A program made the position numbers and the translations under genes. A stretch of DNA of 61,481 bases, filler included, from Heterodontus francisci (Eukaryota): the NCBI RefSeq assembly GCF_036365525.1. It is 4 parts of 4 records of this genome, joined end to end, with 100 filler letters (N's around TTAATTAATTAA, not from the genome) between each part and the next. Parts side by side here need not be neighbours in the genome. Positions count along the whole stretch, not along the records: positions 11,399 to 27,753 come from NC_090407.1; positions 27,854 to 41,896 come from NC_090419.1; 2 more parts are not named here. The stretch is one strand, 5' to 3'. This document shows, piece after piece, positions 25,351 through 40,000 of the stretch. The notes beneath the pieces are model-generated. The model made no database searches and was not told where the DNA came from. It saw nothing but the letters and a program-made list of their open reading frames with translations. Numbering within the stretch: position 1 is the stretch's first letter; the number at the start of each line of letters is the position of its first letter.

Positions 25351-27024
25351 TGTTGTATTAAGTAACTCTATTACTTAATTGCTAGGTAACCCCCATCTAT
25401 ATTAATTGTATACGCAATGTTTATAGTTAAGTAGTAATAATTGTGGTTTGTAGTTTACAAATCATTCTCAGCTCATGACTTGTTGCCTGACTTCTCTGAT
25501 GGTTTGAAAACAAATCATTCTCTAAGTAATTTGTAAGTATCTTAACTGAGGGTGGGAAAGTGAACTCAAATACCATTCAAATTGGGCGATGTAGGTCAGT
25601 TCAGTGAGCTAAACATGGACACTGTTCACTCCTGGACCTAAACTGGGTGGTTAATTCCAGATGGTTCCTTATTGAGAAATTAAGTGAGCAGATTAAGGAT
25701 TCCTTGACATATATTTGTCAAGATAGCCAATGATCTTACAACCGACCCATTCTTGTCAGAGAAAGACCACCTGGAAACTCTGTAGGTATCAAGGTGATTG
25801 GAAATTACCTGAGATCATGATTTTATAATATTTGGAACAATATTTCATCCACTGGAATTGGGTCAACAACTGCTCGTGTGTTTGTTTTGGGGGGGGATGG
25901 AGAGACAAACATTCCTGAAGAAGGGAAGGGAGAAAAGTTTTAAATTCAGAAGAAAATTTATTGTTAAGCCTTCAATCTTTTCCACGTGTAGTTTTTAAGT
26001 CAGAGTATGGTAACAGTAGGCAGACTCAGCTCGACATGCAGACACACCATGGAACAGGTGTCCTTACGAAACACCATTTTGACTTGAATTGTGTAGAGGG
26101 GGGATATGGGATTTCAAGCCTGAAGCTTTTGCTACTGGGGGAAAAACTAAGGGGGAAAGAGTCACATTTGGATGGGCTCTGGCACATTCTAGTGGCTGAT
26201 TGGCACACAAGGCTTCCTGCATTCTCGAGTGGAAGATAATAAATTACATGACCAAAAGAGGAAAAGGAAGAAAATTATAATACAAAGGGTGGTGTAGAAA
26301 TTTCTTTCTAATTTCGAATAAACTATTTCTTATCCCCCTCCGTCCCCCAGGACATATTATGTTTATTAATCCTCATTGTGCTGGGAAAGCAGACAGGTGA
26401 CTTTTGGATTGGAGTGAAACCTCAGGATAGATTTGGCTGCAATTCAAATTACCATTAATGGTAGAAAGCTGACAACCACGTAGAGTTCAGATAATGAACA
26501 GGGAACCTCTTCCTATTTGCATGGGCTGGATAAAGCCAGTCTAATGCCTATTAACTAGGCATAAACAGTATACACTAAAGAAAAGGCAACAATATTCTGG
26601 CCCCACATCTCTATAAATAATGTGCTATATTAACATCATGGGCAGTCTTGAGTCGAATGTTAAACCCTGAATCCCAAAATACAGACATGTTCTCGCTAGA
26701 GGCTGTGGATTTGTCGCATTTCCTGTTTCTGATCTCAGAACTCCGCCATGTACAGTTTTAAAAAAATATTCGTTTCATTGGGTTTGCAAACTACTTCCCT
26801 CACAATTATATACTTGTTGCAATGATTGCATTCTGGAGAGAAGCTTTTGCTGTGCATGCAGGAAGACGAAAGACCGACAGTGAAAGGAGATGGTGAAACC
26901 CAGAAGTGATCTGCAATTAGTAAAACACCGAGAGGTCAAGAGGAAATTGACGCTTAGTTGATTCAGCAGTGAAACTGAGCGAGTGCAGCCGGCAACACTG
27001 GGTAAGAACCTTACTGAATGGAGC

Positions 27025-27753
27025 AGAGAGAGAGCGAGAGACTCCTTCCCCATCCCTGGTGAGAGAGAGCGAGAGACTCCTTCCCCATCCCTGGTGAGAG
27101 AGAGCGAGAGACTCCTTCCCCATCCCGGGTGAGAGAGAGCGAGAGACTCCTTCCCCATCCCGGGTGAGAGAGAGCGAGAGACTCCTTCCCCATCCCTGGT
27201 GAGAGAGAGCGAGAGACTCCTTCCCCATCCCGGGTGAGAGAGAGAGAGACTCCTTCCCCATCCCGGGGGGAGAGAGAGAGACTCCTTCCCTATCCCGGGT
27301 GAGAGAGCGAGAGACAGACTCCTTCCCCATCCCTGGTGAGAGAGAGCGAGAGACTCCTTCCCCATCCCGGGTGAGAGAGAGCGAGAGACTCCTTCCCCAT
27401 CCCGGGTGAGAGAGAGCGAGAGACTCCTTCCCCATCCCGGGTGAGAGAGAGAGCGAGAGACTCCTTCCCCATCCCGGGTGAGAGAGAGAGCGAGAGACTC
27501 CTTCCCCATCCCGGGTGAGAGAGAGAGCGAGAGACTCCTTCCCCATCCCGGGTGAGAGAGAGAGCGAGAGACTCCTTCCCCATCCCGGGTGAGAGAGAGA
27601 GCGAGAGACTCCTTCCCCATCCCGGGTGAGAGAGAGAGCGAGAGACTCCTTCCCCATCCCGGGTGAGAGAGAGAGCGAGAGACTCCTTCCCCATCCCGGG
27701 TGAGAGAGAGAGAGAGAGACTCCTTCCCCATCCCGGGTGAGAGAGAGAGAGAC
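27025..27753 (+). repeat. 35-37-bp minisatellite (GAGAGAGAGCGAGAGACTCCTTCCCCATCCCGGGT)
   Basis: About 20 near-identical units with a variable (GA)n stretch; ends at a gap. Confidence 0.93.
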
Positions 27754-27853
27754 NNNNNNNNNNNNNNNNNNNNNNNNNNNNNNNNNNNNNNNNNNNNTTA
27801 ATTAATTAANNNNNNNNNNNNNNNNNNNNNNNNNNNNNNNNNNNNNNNNNNNN
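27754..27853. other. Assembly gap with TTAATTAATTAA linker
   Basis: N run with linker at 27798-27809. Confidence 0.97.
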
Positions 27854-27872
27854 TTTGTCTCAACAGCTTTCT

Positions 27873-28490
27873 AATACCCTCACTATCAACAGACCCCCAT
27901 CCAAATACCCTCACTATCAACAGACCCCCATCTAAATACCCCCCCGGGAACAGACTCCCATCTAAATAACCCCCCCCCAAGGAACAGACCCCCATCCAAA
28001 TACCTCCTGGGAACAGACTCCCATCCAAATACCCCCCCAAGGAACAGACTCCCATCTAAATACCCCCCCCCAAGGAACAGACTCCCATCTAAATACCCCT
28101 CAGGAACAGACTCCCATCTAAATAACCCCCCCCCCCCCCCAAGGAACAGACCCCCATCCAAATACCTCCTGGGAACAGACTCCCATCCAAATACCCCCCC
28201 AAGGAACAGACCCCCATCTAAATACCCCCCCGGGAACAGACTCCCATCTAAATAACCCCCCTCCCCCCAAGGAACAGACCCCCATCCAAATACCTCCTGG
28301 GAACAGACCCCCATCCAAATACCCCCCCAAGGAACAGACTCCCATCCAAATACCCCCCCAAGGAACAGACTCCCATCCAAATACCCCCCAAGGAACAGAC
28401 TCCCATCTAAATACCACCCCCCCAGGAACAGACTCCCATCTAAATACCCCCCTCCTCCTGTGAACAGACCCCCATCTAAATACCCCCCCA
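27873..28490 (+). repeat. ~30-33-bp C-run minisatellite (GGAACAGACTCCCATCTAAATACCCCCCCAA)
   Basis: Repeated unit with a variable poly-C tract. Confidence 0.9.
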
Positions 28491-31079
28491 TTAACTGACC
28501 CCAATCTAATTCTCCCCCTGCCCTCCACTGTAAACACTCTCCCTTTTCTAAGTACCCTCCCTGTCATGTAAACCCCCCCCCCCTCTACTAATTCCCACCC
28601 TGCATCATCTCCCCCGTGTTATTCCCACCTCCAACACTTTCCTGGGTTTGGTTCCATCTCCCGGCAATCTTTCATTCACTTTAATTCCTAGTCTGGATAA
28701 GCCACTGGAATTCCATCAACTGGCTCCCAGACCCCCGGCACCTTTAACTCATGTCCGGCCGGGCATAGAGCAAGGACCCCCAGAGGCTAACTGGCATTCT
28801 GAGACTTCAGCGCACAGGAAGATCCCAGCCCCAGACACGTCCCTCTCTGCAGAAAGGTGTTTCACCTGTTCTCCCCATCGGCTTCAGGGAATCAAACAGA
28901 GGGAGACGCACACAAACACACACACACTGACTGGCACAGGGACGGGAGGAGGCCATTCAGCCCTTTGAGCCTGTCCCACCCCATGTTAGATCATGGCTGA
29001 TCTGTCCCTTCCCCCATCGGGCCACAAGGAGGCAGGCAGAGACAGTCGGGGAGCAGATACACAGAGAGGCAAAGAAACACTGGGCTGGACTCGGACTCGG
29101 TGCCAATGGTGCAAACCAGGGTGAGGTACAAACGGGAGAGATGTTGAACGGGCAGCCGATTCACAACCACCCTGTACAACACCAAGACAACGAGTTCAAA
29201 TCCACCCCCAGACAGAGGGACAGAGACACAGAAAACAGATCCCGGGATTAGGACAGAACAGAGAGAGCGAGAAATAAATGGAAAGGGAGCTGGAGAATGA
29301 CATGCAGGGAGTCCGAAACCAGTGAGAGAAACTGAGAACAGAGGGTCAGAAATACCGAGAAGGACAGAGAGAGAAATGGAGACATACAGAGAGAGAGAGA
29401 GAGAGAGCTGGAGGTGTAGAGAGAGAATGCAGCAGCAATGTAGATATTGAGAAAGATCCCAGACAAAGAGAGAGATGCAGAGACAAAAAGATGTGGAGGG
29501 GCAGAGATACAAAGTAAGATGTGTTTACAGAATAGAGAGGGATGTCCCGGGACAGGGGGGAGGGAAATGCAGAGATAATCTTGCAGGAAAGGAGCAGAGA
29601 CGGAAAGATTCAGGGATTTGGAAGTGAGTGAGTGAGAGAAGAAATGGACTGAGAGAGAGACAGATTAAGATGCAGAGATTCACAGAAAGAGAGTACAATG
29701 GAAACCTGTGAGACTCTAGAGAGAGGCAGAGATAGAAAGGATGTTAAGAGATACAGAGATAGGGATTTAAAGATGTGAAGGAACAGAGTTAGGAACAAGG
29801 AGGAAGGTGCAGGGAACGTTACAGCAAGAGATGGAGAGAGGGAAATCTAGGGGATTACATTGACTGTTCTGGAGCAGCGATTCCCAAACTATTCCCTTCG
29901 GAGCACCCTCCAGCCCCCTCCCTTGTGGCAAAAAATCCACAGACCCCCGAAAACGCAAAATCAAAATACTGCAGATACTGGAAATCTGAAATAAAAACCG
30001 TGTTGGAAATACTGAGCATTTCCAGCACTTTGTTTTTCTATCAGCCCCGAAATCACACAGTTTTCTTTTCCGTATCTAGAAATGAATTTGACAATGACAA
30101 ATATATTTTTATTATTATTTTCCTCCATGGTTATAGCTCTTGTCTGAGAATTCCACGTGGACAAAAGATTCTCCCTCTGCATCATCACAGCTGCAGCTTC
30201 CGAAAAGATTCTCCTTGGGAATAAGAGAAATAAAATTGATTCAAACAAAGCACAGCATTTTTGAACAGAAATAAAACACAGCAAGAGCCCAGGGCTCTTT
30301 CTCTCACTCACTGACATAAAACAATCTCTGTGACTCCCCATCTTACAAATACATCCCCCGACACAGAGGCAGAGACTGGGAAGTGTGGATGTGTTTACCC
30401 TGTCATTTCCTGCTCTCTCTCTCGATTTCTGTGTGTGTCTCTCTCTCGCTCTGTTTAACCTGCCAACTCCAGCACAGCAAGAGCCCAGGAATTGACCTCG
30501 GTTACACAAACACTCTCTCAGCAACACCCAGTTACAGACAAATCAGAGTTATAAACCGAAGGATAAAAGGATTGAGACAGCAACCTCCACCTGTGTGTGT
30601 GTCCGTCTCTGTATCTCTCTCCCTGTCTCTGTATCTCTCTCTGTTCCTATCTCATTCTCCCCGTCTCTCTCTCTCTCCCTATCTCATTCTCTCCATCTTT
30701 CTCTCTTCCCCCCTCTCTCTCTCTCCCTATCACTCTTTCTCTCCCTCTGACCATGACTCTTGTTTGTCTCTCTCTCACACCTTTTCTGCTTCTCTCTATT
30801 TTTCTCTCCCACTCTCTCTCTCCCTCCATCTCTCTCTCTCCCTCTGTCGGTCTCTGTCTCTGTCCATCTCCCTTTGTCGTCTATTTGTGTCCTCAAAGTT
30901 TACTGTCTCATCTAAACCTGGTATCTCTCTCCTTCGCTCTGTCTCGCTCTCTCTCTCCCTCACCCCAATGCACTAGTTAAGACTGTATTTGACCATGCCT
31001 CTGTTTATATGATACTCGGCCCTGTTTCTGGTATAAAAATGTTTAAAAAGTGCTTTAAAATGGGTGAAGTGTCTGTGGT

Positions 31080-34000
31080 ATCCCCTCCATTCTATATGTA
31101 CAGGTGGAACACCCTCTATTTTATACATAGAAGGGCATCTCCCTCCATTTTATCTGCATTTAGGGAACTCCTGCTATTTTATGTGTAAAGGGGTAACTCC
31201 CTCCATTTTATCTGCATTTAGGGAACTCCTGCTATTTTATGTGTAAAGGGGTATCTCCCTCCATTTTATCTGTATTTAGGGAACTCCTGCTATTTTATGT
31301 GAAAAGGGGTATCTCCCTCCATTTTATCTGTAGAGAGGGAACTCCTGCTATTTTATGTGTAAAGGGGTATCTCCCTCCATTTTATCTGTAGAGAGGGAAC
31401 TCCTGCTATTTTATTATGTGTAAAGGGGTATCTCCCTCCATTTTATCTGTCGAGAGGGAACTCCTGCTATTTTATGTGTAAAGGGGTAACTCCCTCCATT
31501 TTATCTGTATTTAGGGAACTCCTGCTATTTTATGTGTAAAGGGGTATCTCCCTCCATTTTATCTGCATTTAGGGAACTCCTGCTATTTTATGTGTAAAGG
31601 GGTATCTCCCTCCATTTTATCTGTATTTAGGGAACTCCTGCTATTTTATGTGTAAAGGGGTAACTCCCTCCATTTTATCTGCAGAGAGGGAACTCCTGCT
31701 ATTTTATGTGTAAAGGGGTATCTCCCTCCATTTTATCTGCAGAGAGGGAACTCCTGCTATTTTATGTGTAAAGGGGTATCTCCCTCCATTTTATCTGTAT
31801 TTAGGGAACTCCTGCTATTTTATGTGTAAAGGGGTATCTCCCTCCATTTTATCTGCAGAGAGGGAACTCCTGCTATTTTATGTGTAAAGGGGTATCTCCC
31901 TCCAATTTATCTGTAGAGAAGGAGCTCTTGCTATTTTATGTGTAAAGGGGTAACTCCCTCCATTTTATCTGCAGAGAGGGAACTCCTGCTATTTTATGTG
32001 TAAAGGGGTATCTCCCTCCATTTTATCTGTATTCAGGGAACTCCTGCTATTTTATGTGTAAAGGGGTATCTCCCTCCATTTTATCTGTATTTAGGGAACT
32101 CCTGCTATTTTATGTGTAAAGGGGTAACTCCCTCCATTTTATCTGTATTTAGGGAACTCCTGCTATTTTATGTGTAAAGGGGTATCTCCCTCCATTTTAT
32201 CTGTATTTAGGGAACTCCTGCTATTTTATGTGTAAAGGGGTATCGCCCTCCATTTTATCTGTAGAGAGGGAACTCCTGCTATTTTATGTGTAAAGGGGTA
32301 TCTCCCTCAATTTTATCTGTATTTAGGGAACTCCTGCTATTTTATGAATAAAGGGGTAACTCCCTCCATTTTATCTGTAGAGAAGGAGCTCTTGCTATTT
32401 TATGTGTAAAGGGGTATCTCCCTCCATTTTATCTGCAGAGAGGGAACTCCTGCTATTTTCTGTGTAAAGGGGTATCTCCCTCCATTTTATCTGTTTTTAG
32501 GGAACTCCTGCTATTTTATGTGTAAAGGGGTAACTCCCTCCATTTTATCTGTATTTAGGGAACCTGCTATTTTCTGTGGAAAGGGGTATCTCCCTCCATT
32601 TTATCTGCAGAGAGGGAACTCCTGCTATTTTCTGTGTAAAGGGGTATCTCCCTCCATTTTATCTGTTTTTAGGGAACTCCTGCTATTTTATGTGTAAAGG
32701 GGTAACTCCCTCCATTTTATCTGTATTTAGGGAACCTGCTATTTTCTGTGGAAAGGGGTATCTCCCTCCATTTTATCTGTAGAGAGGGAGCTCCTGCTAT
32801 TTTATGTGTAAAGGGGTATCTCCCTCCATTTTATCTGCAGAGAGGGAACTCCTGCTATTTTCTGTGTAAAGGGGTATCTCCCTCCATTTTATCTGTTTTT
32901 AGGGAACTCCTGCTATTTTATGTGTAAAGGGGTAACTCCCTCCATTTTATCTGTATTTAGGGAACCTGCTATTTTCTGTGGAAAGGGGTATCTCCCTCCA
33001 TTTTATCTGTAGAGAGGGAGCTCCTGCTATTTTATGTGTAAAGGGGTATCTCCCTCCATTTTATCTGTTTTTAGGGAACTCCTGCTATTTTATGTGTAAA
33101 GGGGTATCTCCCTCCATTTTATCTGAATTTAGGGAACCTGCTATTTTCTGTGGAAAGGGGTATCTCCCTCCATTTTATCTGTTTTTAGGGAATTCCTGCT
33201 ATTTTATGTGTAGAGGGGTATCTCCCTCCATTTTATCTGTTTTTAGGGAATTCCTGCTATTTTATGTGTAAAGGGGTATCTCCCTCCATTTTATCTGTAT
33301 TTAGGGAACTCCTGCTATTTTATGTGTAAAGGGGTAACTCCCTCCATTTTATCTGTAGAGAGGGAACTCCTGCTATTTTATGTGTAAAGGGGTATCTCCC
33401 TCCATTTTATCTGTAGAGAGGGAACTCCTGCTATTTTATGTGTAAAGGGGTATCTCCCTCCATTTTATCTGTAGAGAGGGAGCTCCTGCTATTTTATGTG
33501 TAAAGGGGTATCTCCCTCCATTTTATCTGTATTTAGGGAACTCCTGCTATTTTATGTGTAAAGGGGTATCTCCCTCCATTTTATCTGTATTTAGGGAACT
33601 CCTGCTATTTTATGTGTAAAGGGGTATCTCCCTCCATTTTATCTGTAGAGAGGGAACTCCTGCTATTTTATGTGTAAAGGGGTAACTCCCTCCATTTTAT
33701 CTGTATTTAGGGAACTCCTGCTATTTTATGTGTAAAGGGGTAACTCCCTCCATTTTATCTGTATTTAGGGAACTCCTGCTATTTTATGTGTAAAGGGGTA
33801 TCTCCCTCCATTTTATCTGTTTTTAGGGAACTCCTGCTATTTTTTGTGTAAAGGGGTATCTCCCTCCATTTTATCTGTATTTAGGGAACTCCTGCTATTT
33901 TATGTGTAAAGGGGTATCTCCCTCCATTTTATCTGTATTTAGGGAACTCCTGCTATTTTATGTGTAAAGGGGTATCTCCCTCCATTTTATCTGTATTTAG

Positions 34001-37000
34001 GGAACTCCTGCTATTTTATGTGTAAAGGGGTATCTCCCTCCATTTTATCTGTAGAGAGGGAACTCCTGCTATTTTATGTGTAAAGGGGTAACTCCCTCCA
34101 TTTTATCTGTATTTAGGGAACTCCTGCTATTTTATGTGTAAAGGGGTAACTCCCTCCATTTTATCTGTATTTAGGGAACTCCTGCTATTTTATGTGTAAA
34201 GGGGTATCTCCCTCCATTTTATCTGTTTTTAGGGAACTCCTGCTATTTTTTGTGTAAAGGGGTATCTCCCTCCATTTTATCTGTAGAGAGGGAACTCCTG
34301 CTATTTTATGTGTAAAGGGGTATCTCCCTCCATTTTATCTGTTTTTAGGGAACTCCTGCTATTTTTTGTGTAAAGGGGTATCTCCCTCCATTTTATCTGT
34401 ATTTAGGGAACTCCTGCTATTTTATGTGTAAAGGGGTATCTCCCTCCATTTTATCTGTATTTAGGGAACTCCTGCTATTTTATGTGTAAAGGGGTAACTC
34501 CCTCCATTTTATCTGTATTTAGGGAACTCCTGCTATTTTATGTGTAAAGGGGTATCTCCCTCCATTTTATCTGTTTTTAGGGAACTCCTGCTATTTTATG
34601 TGTAAAGGGGCAACTCCCTCCATTTTATCAGTATTTAGGGAACTCCTGCTATTTTATGTGTAAAGGGGTAACTCCCTCCATTTTATCTGTATTTAGGGAA
34701 CTCCTGCTATTTTATGTGTAAAGGGGTAACTCCCTCCATTTTATCTGTAGAGAGGGAACTCCTGCTATTTTATGTGTAAAGGGGTATCTCCCTCCATTTT
34801 ATCTGTAGAGAGGGAGCTCCTGCTATTTTATGTGTAAAGGGGTATCTCCCTCCATTTTATCTGTATTTAGGGAACTCCTGCTATTTTATGTGTAAAGGGG
34901 TATCTCCCTCCATTTTATCTGTAGAGAGGGAACTCCTGCTATTTTATGTGTAAAGGGGTATCTCCCTCCATTTTATCTGAAGAGAGGGAACTCCTGCTAT
35001 TTTATGTGTAAAGGCGTATCTCCCTCCATTTTATCTGTAGAGAGGGAACTCCTGCTATTTTATGTGCAAAGGGGCAACTCCCTCCATTTTATCTGTAGAG
35101 AGGGAGCTCCTGCTATTTTATGTGTAAAGGGGCAACTCCCTCCATTTTATCTGTAGAGAGGGAACTCCTGCTATTTTATGTGTAAAGGGGCAACTCCCTC
35201 CATTTTATCTGTAGAGAGGGAACTCCTGCTATTTTATGTGTAAAGGGGCAACTCCCTCCATTTTATCTGTAGAGAGGGAACTCCTGCTATTTTATGTGTA
35301 AAGGGGTAACTCCCTCCATTTTATATCCAGAGGGAACTCCTGCTATTTTATGTGTAAAGGGGTATCTCCCTCCATTTTATCTGTAGAGAGGGAACTCCTG
35401 CTATTTTATGTGTAAAGGGGTATCTCCCTCCATTTTATCTGTAGAGAGGGAACTCCTGCTATTTTATGTGTAAAGGGGCAACTCCCTCCATTTTATCTGT
35501 AGAGAGGGAACTCCTGCTATTTTATGTGTAAAGGGGTATCTCCCTCCATTTTATCTGTAGAGAGGGAACTCCTGCTATTTTATGTGTAAAGGGGTAACTC
35601 CCTCAATTTTATCTGTAGAGAGGGAGCTCCTGCTATTTTATGTGTAAAGGGGCAACTCCCTCCATTTTATCTGTAGAGAGGGAGCTCCTGCTATTTTATG
35701 TGTAAAGGGGTATCTCCCTCCAATTTATCTGTAGAGAAGGAGCTCTTGCTATTTTATGTGAAAAGGGGTAACTCCCTCCATTTTATCTGCAGAGAGGGAA
35801 CTCCTGCTATTTTATGTGTAAAGGGGTATCTCCCTCAATTTTATCTGTATTTAGGGAACTCCTGCTATTTTATGTGTAAAGGGGTATCTCCCTCCATTTT
35901 ATCTGTTTTTAGGGAGCTCCTGCTATTTTATGTGTAAAGGGGTATCTCCCTCAATTTTATCTGTATTTAGGGAACTCCTGCTATTTTATGTGTAAAGGGG
36001 TATCTCCCTCCATTTTATCTGTTTTTAGGGAGCTCCTGCTATTTTATGTGTAAAGAGGTATCTTCCTCCATTTTATCTGCAGAGAGGGAACTCCTGCTAT
36101 TTTATGTGTAAAGGGGTATCTCCCTCCATTTTATCTGTAGAGAGGGAACTCCTGCTATTTTATGTGTAAAGGGGTATCTCCCTCCATTTTATCTGTTTTT
36201 AGGGAGCTCCTGCTATTTTATGTGTAAAGAGGTATCTTCCTCCATTTTATCTGCAGAGAGGGAACTCCTGCTATTTTATGTGTAAAGGGGTATCTCCCTC
36301 CATTTTATCTGCAGAGAGGGAACTCCTGCTATTTTATGTGTAAAGGGGTAACTCCCTCCATTTTATCTGTAGAGAGGGAACTCCTGCTATTTTATGTGTA
36401 AAGGGGTATCTCCCTCCATTTTATCTGTAGAGAGGGAACTCCTGCTATTTTATGTGTAAAGGGGTATCTCCCTCCATTTTATCTGTAGAGAGGGAACTCC
36501 TGCTATTTTATGTGTAAAGGGGTAACTCCCTCAATTTTATCTGTATTTAGGGAACTCCTGCTATTTTATGTGTAAAGGGGTATCTCCCTCCATTTTATCT
36601 GTTTTTAGGGAGCTCCTGCTATTTTATGTGTAAAGAGGTATCTTCCTCCATTTTATCTGCAGAGAGGGAACTCCTGCTATTTTATGTGTAAAGGGGTATC
36701 TCCCTCCATTCTATCTGCAGAGAGGGAACTCCTGCTATTTTATGTGTAAAGGGGTAACTCCCTCCATTTTATCTGTAGAGAGGGAACTCCTGCTATTTTA
36801 TGTGTAAAGGGGTATCTCCCTCCATTTTATCTGTCGAGAGGGAACTCCTGCTATTTTATGTGTAAAGGGGTAACTCCCTCCATTTTATCTGTATTTAGGG
36901 AACTCCTGCTATTTTATGTGTAAAGGGGTATCTCCCTCCATTTTATCTGCATTTAGGGAACTCCTGCTATTTTATGTGTAAAGGGGTATCTCCCTCCATT

Positions 37001-40000
37001 TTATCTGTATTTAGGGAACTCCTGCTATTTTATGTGTAAAGGGGTAACTCCCTCCATTTTATCTGCAGAGAGGGAACTCCTGCTATTTTATGTGTAAAGG
37101 GGTATCTCCCTCCATTTTATCTGCAGAGAGGGAACTCCTGCTATTTTATGTGTAAAGGGGTATCTCCCTCCATTTTATCTGTATTTAGGGAACTCCTGCT
37201 ATTTTATGTGTAAAGGGGTATCTCCCTCCATTTTATCTGCAGAGAGGGAACTCCTGCTATTTTATGTGTAAAGGGGTATCTCCCTCCAATTTATCTGTAG
37301 AGAAGGAGCTCTTGCTATTTTATGTGTAAAGGGGTAACTCCCTCCATTTTATCTGCAGAGAGGGAACTCCTGCTATTTTATGTGTAAAGGGGTATCTCCC
37401 TCCATTTTATCTGTATTCAGGGAACTCCTGCTATTTTATGTGTAAAGGGGTATCTCCCTCCATTTTATCTGTATTTAGGGAACTCCTGCTATTTTATGTG
37501 TAAAGGGGTAACTCCCTCCATTTTATCTGTATTTAGGGAACTCCTGCTATTTTATGTGTAAAGGGGTATCTCCCTCCATTTTATCTGTATTTAGGGAACT
37601 CCTGCTATTTTATGTGTAAAGGGGTATCGCCCTCCATTTTATCTGTAGAGAGGGAACTCCTGCTATTTTATGTGTAAAGGGGTATCTCCCTCAATTTTAT
37701 CTGTATTTAGGGAACTCCTGCTATTTTATGAATAAAGGGGTAACTCCCTCCATTTTATCTGTAGAGAAGGAGCTCTTGCTATTTTATGTGTAAAGGGGTA
37801 TCTCCCTCCATTTTATCTGCAGAGAGGGAACTCCTGCTATTTTCTGTGTAAAGGGGTATCTCCCTCCATTTTATCTGTTTTTAGGGAACTCCTGCTATTT
37901 TATGTGTAAAGGGGTAACTCCCTCCATTTTATCTGTATTTAGGGAACCTGCTATTTTCTGTGGAAAGGGGTATCTCCCTCCATTTTATCTGCAGAGAGGG
38001 AACTCCTGCTATTTTCTGTGTAAAGGGGTATCTCCCTCCATTTTATCTGTTTTTAGGGAACTCCTGCTATTTTATGTGTAAAGGGGTAACTCCCTCCATT
38101 TTATCTGTATTTAGGGAACCTGCTATTTTCTGTGGAAAGGGGTATCTCCCTCCATTTTATCTGTAGAGAGGGAGCTCCTGCTATTTTATGTGTAAAGGGG
38201 TATCTCCCTCCATTTTATCTGCAGAGAGGGAACTCCTGCTATTTTCTGTGTAAAGGGGTATCTCCCTCCATTTTATCTGTTTTTAGGGAACTCCTGCTAT
38301 TTTATGTGTAAAGGGGTAACTCCCTCCATTTTATCTGTATTTAGGGAACCTGCTATTTTCTGTGGAAAGGGGTATCTCCCTCCATTTTATCTGTAGAGAG
38401 GGAGCTCCTGCTATTTTATGTGTAAAGGGGTATCTCCCTCCATTTTATCTGTTTTTAGGGAACTCCTGCTATTTTATGTGTAAAGGGGTATCTCCCTCCA
38501 TTTTATCTGTAGAGAGGGAGCTCCTGCTATTTTATGTGTAAAGGGGTATCTCCCTCCATTTTATCTGAATTTAGGGAACCTGCTATTTTCTGTGGAAAGG
38601 GGTATCTCCCTCCATTTTATCTGTTTTTAGGGAATTCCTGCTATTTTATGTGTAGAGGGGTATCTCCCTCCATTTTATCTGTTTTTAGGGAATTCCTGCT
38701 ATTTTATGTGTAAAGGGGTATCTCCCTCCATTTTATCTGTATTTAGGGAACTCCTGCTATTTTATGTGTAAAGGGGTAACTCCCTCCATTTTATCTGTAG
38801 AGAGGGAACTCCTGCTATTTTATGTGTAAAGGGGTATCTCCCTCCATTTTATCTGTAGAGAGGGAACTCCTGCTATTTTATGTGTAAAGGGGTATCTCCC
38901 TCCATTTTATCTGTAGAGAGGGAGCTCCTGCTATTTTATGTGTAAAGGGGTATCTCCCTCCATTTTATCTGTATTTAGGGAACTCCTGCTATTTTATGTG
39001 TAAAGGGGTATCTCCCTCCATTTTATCTGTATTTAGGGAACTCCTGCTATTTTATGTGTAAAGGGGTATCTCCCTCCATTTTATCTGTAGAGAGGGAACT
39101 CCTGCTATTTTATGTGTAAAGGGGTAACTCCCTCCATTTTATCTGTATTTAGGGAACTCCTGCTATTTTATGTGTAAAGGGGTAACTCCCTCCATTTTAT
39201 CTGTATTTAGGGAACTCCTGCTATTTTATGTGTAAAGGGGTATCTCCCTCCATTTTATCTGTTTTTAGGGAACTCCTGCTATTTTTTGTGTAAAGGGGTA
39301 TCTCCCTCCATTTTATCTGTAGAGAGGGAACTCCTGCTATTTTATGTGTAAAGGGGTATCTCCCTCCATTTTATCTGTTTTTAGGGAACTCCTGCTATTT
39401 TTTGTGTAAAGGGGTATCTCCCTCCATTTTATCTGTATTTAGGGAACTCCTGCTATTTTATGTGTAAAGGGGTATCTCCCTCCATTTTATCTGTATTTAG
39501 GGAACTCCTGCTATTTTATGTGTAAAGGGGTAACTCCCTCCATTTTATCTGTAGAGAGGGAACTCCTGCTATTTTATGTGTAAAGGGGTATCTCCCTCCA
39601 TTTTATCTGTTTTTAGGGAACTCCTGCTATTTTATGTGTAAAGGGGCAACTCCCTCCATTTTATCAGTATTTAGGGAACTCCTGCTATTTTATGTGTAAA
39701 GGGGTAACTCCCTCCATTTTATCTGTATTTAGGGAACTCCTGCTATTTTATGTGTAAAGGGGTAACTCCCTCCATTTTATCTGTAGAGAGGGAACTCCTG
39801 CTATTTTATGTGTAAAGGGGTATCTCCCTCCATTTTATCTGTAGAGAGGGAGCTCCTGCTATTTTATGTGTAAAGGGGTATCTCCCTCCATTTTATCTGT
39901 ATTTAGGGAACTCCTGCTATTTTATGTGTAAAGGGGTATCTCCCTCCATTTTATCTGTAGAGAGGGAACTCCTGCTATTTTATGTGTAAAGGGGTATCTC

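Noticed and set aside
26780-27007. Possible non-coding first exon ending in G|GTAAGA
   Set aside because: Only a donor-like motif, with no recognisable coding sequence or partner exon.
28991-29512. ORF containing LYLTLVCT, reminiscent of a TCR C-domain or TM segment
   Set aside because: No FYP/W/second Cys spacing of an Ig C1 domain, no TM lysine motif, and low-complexity flanks.
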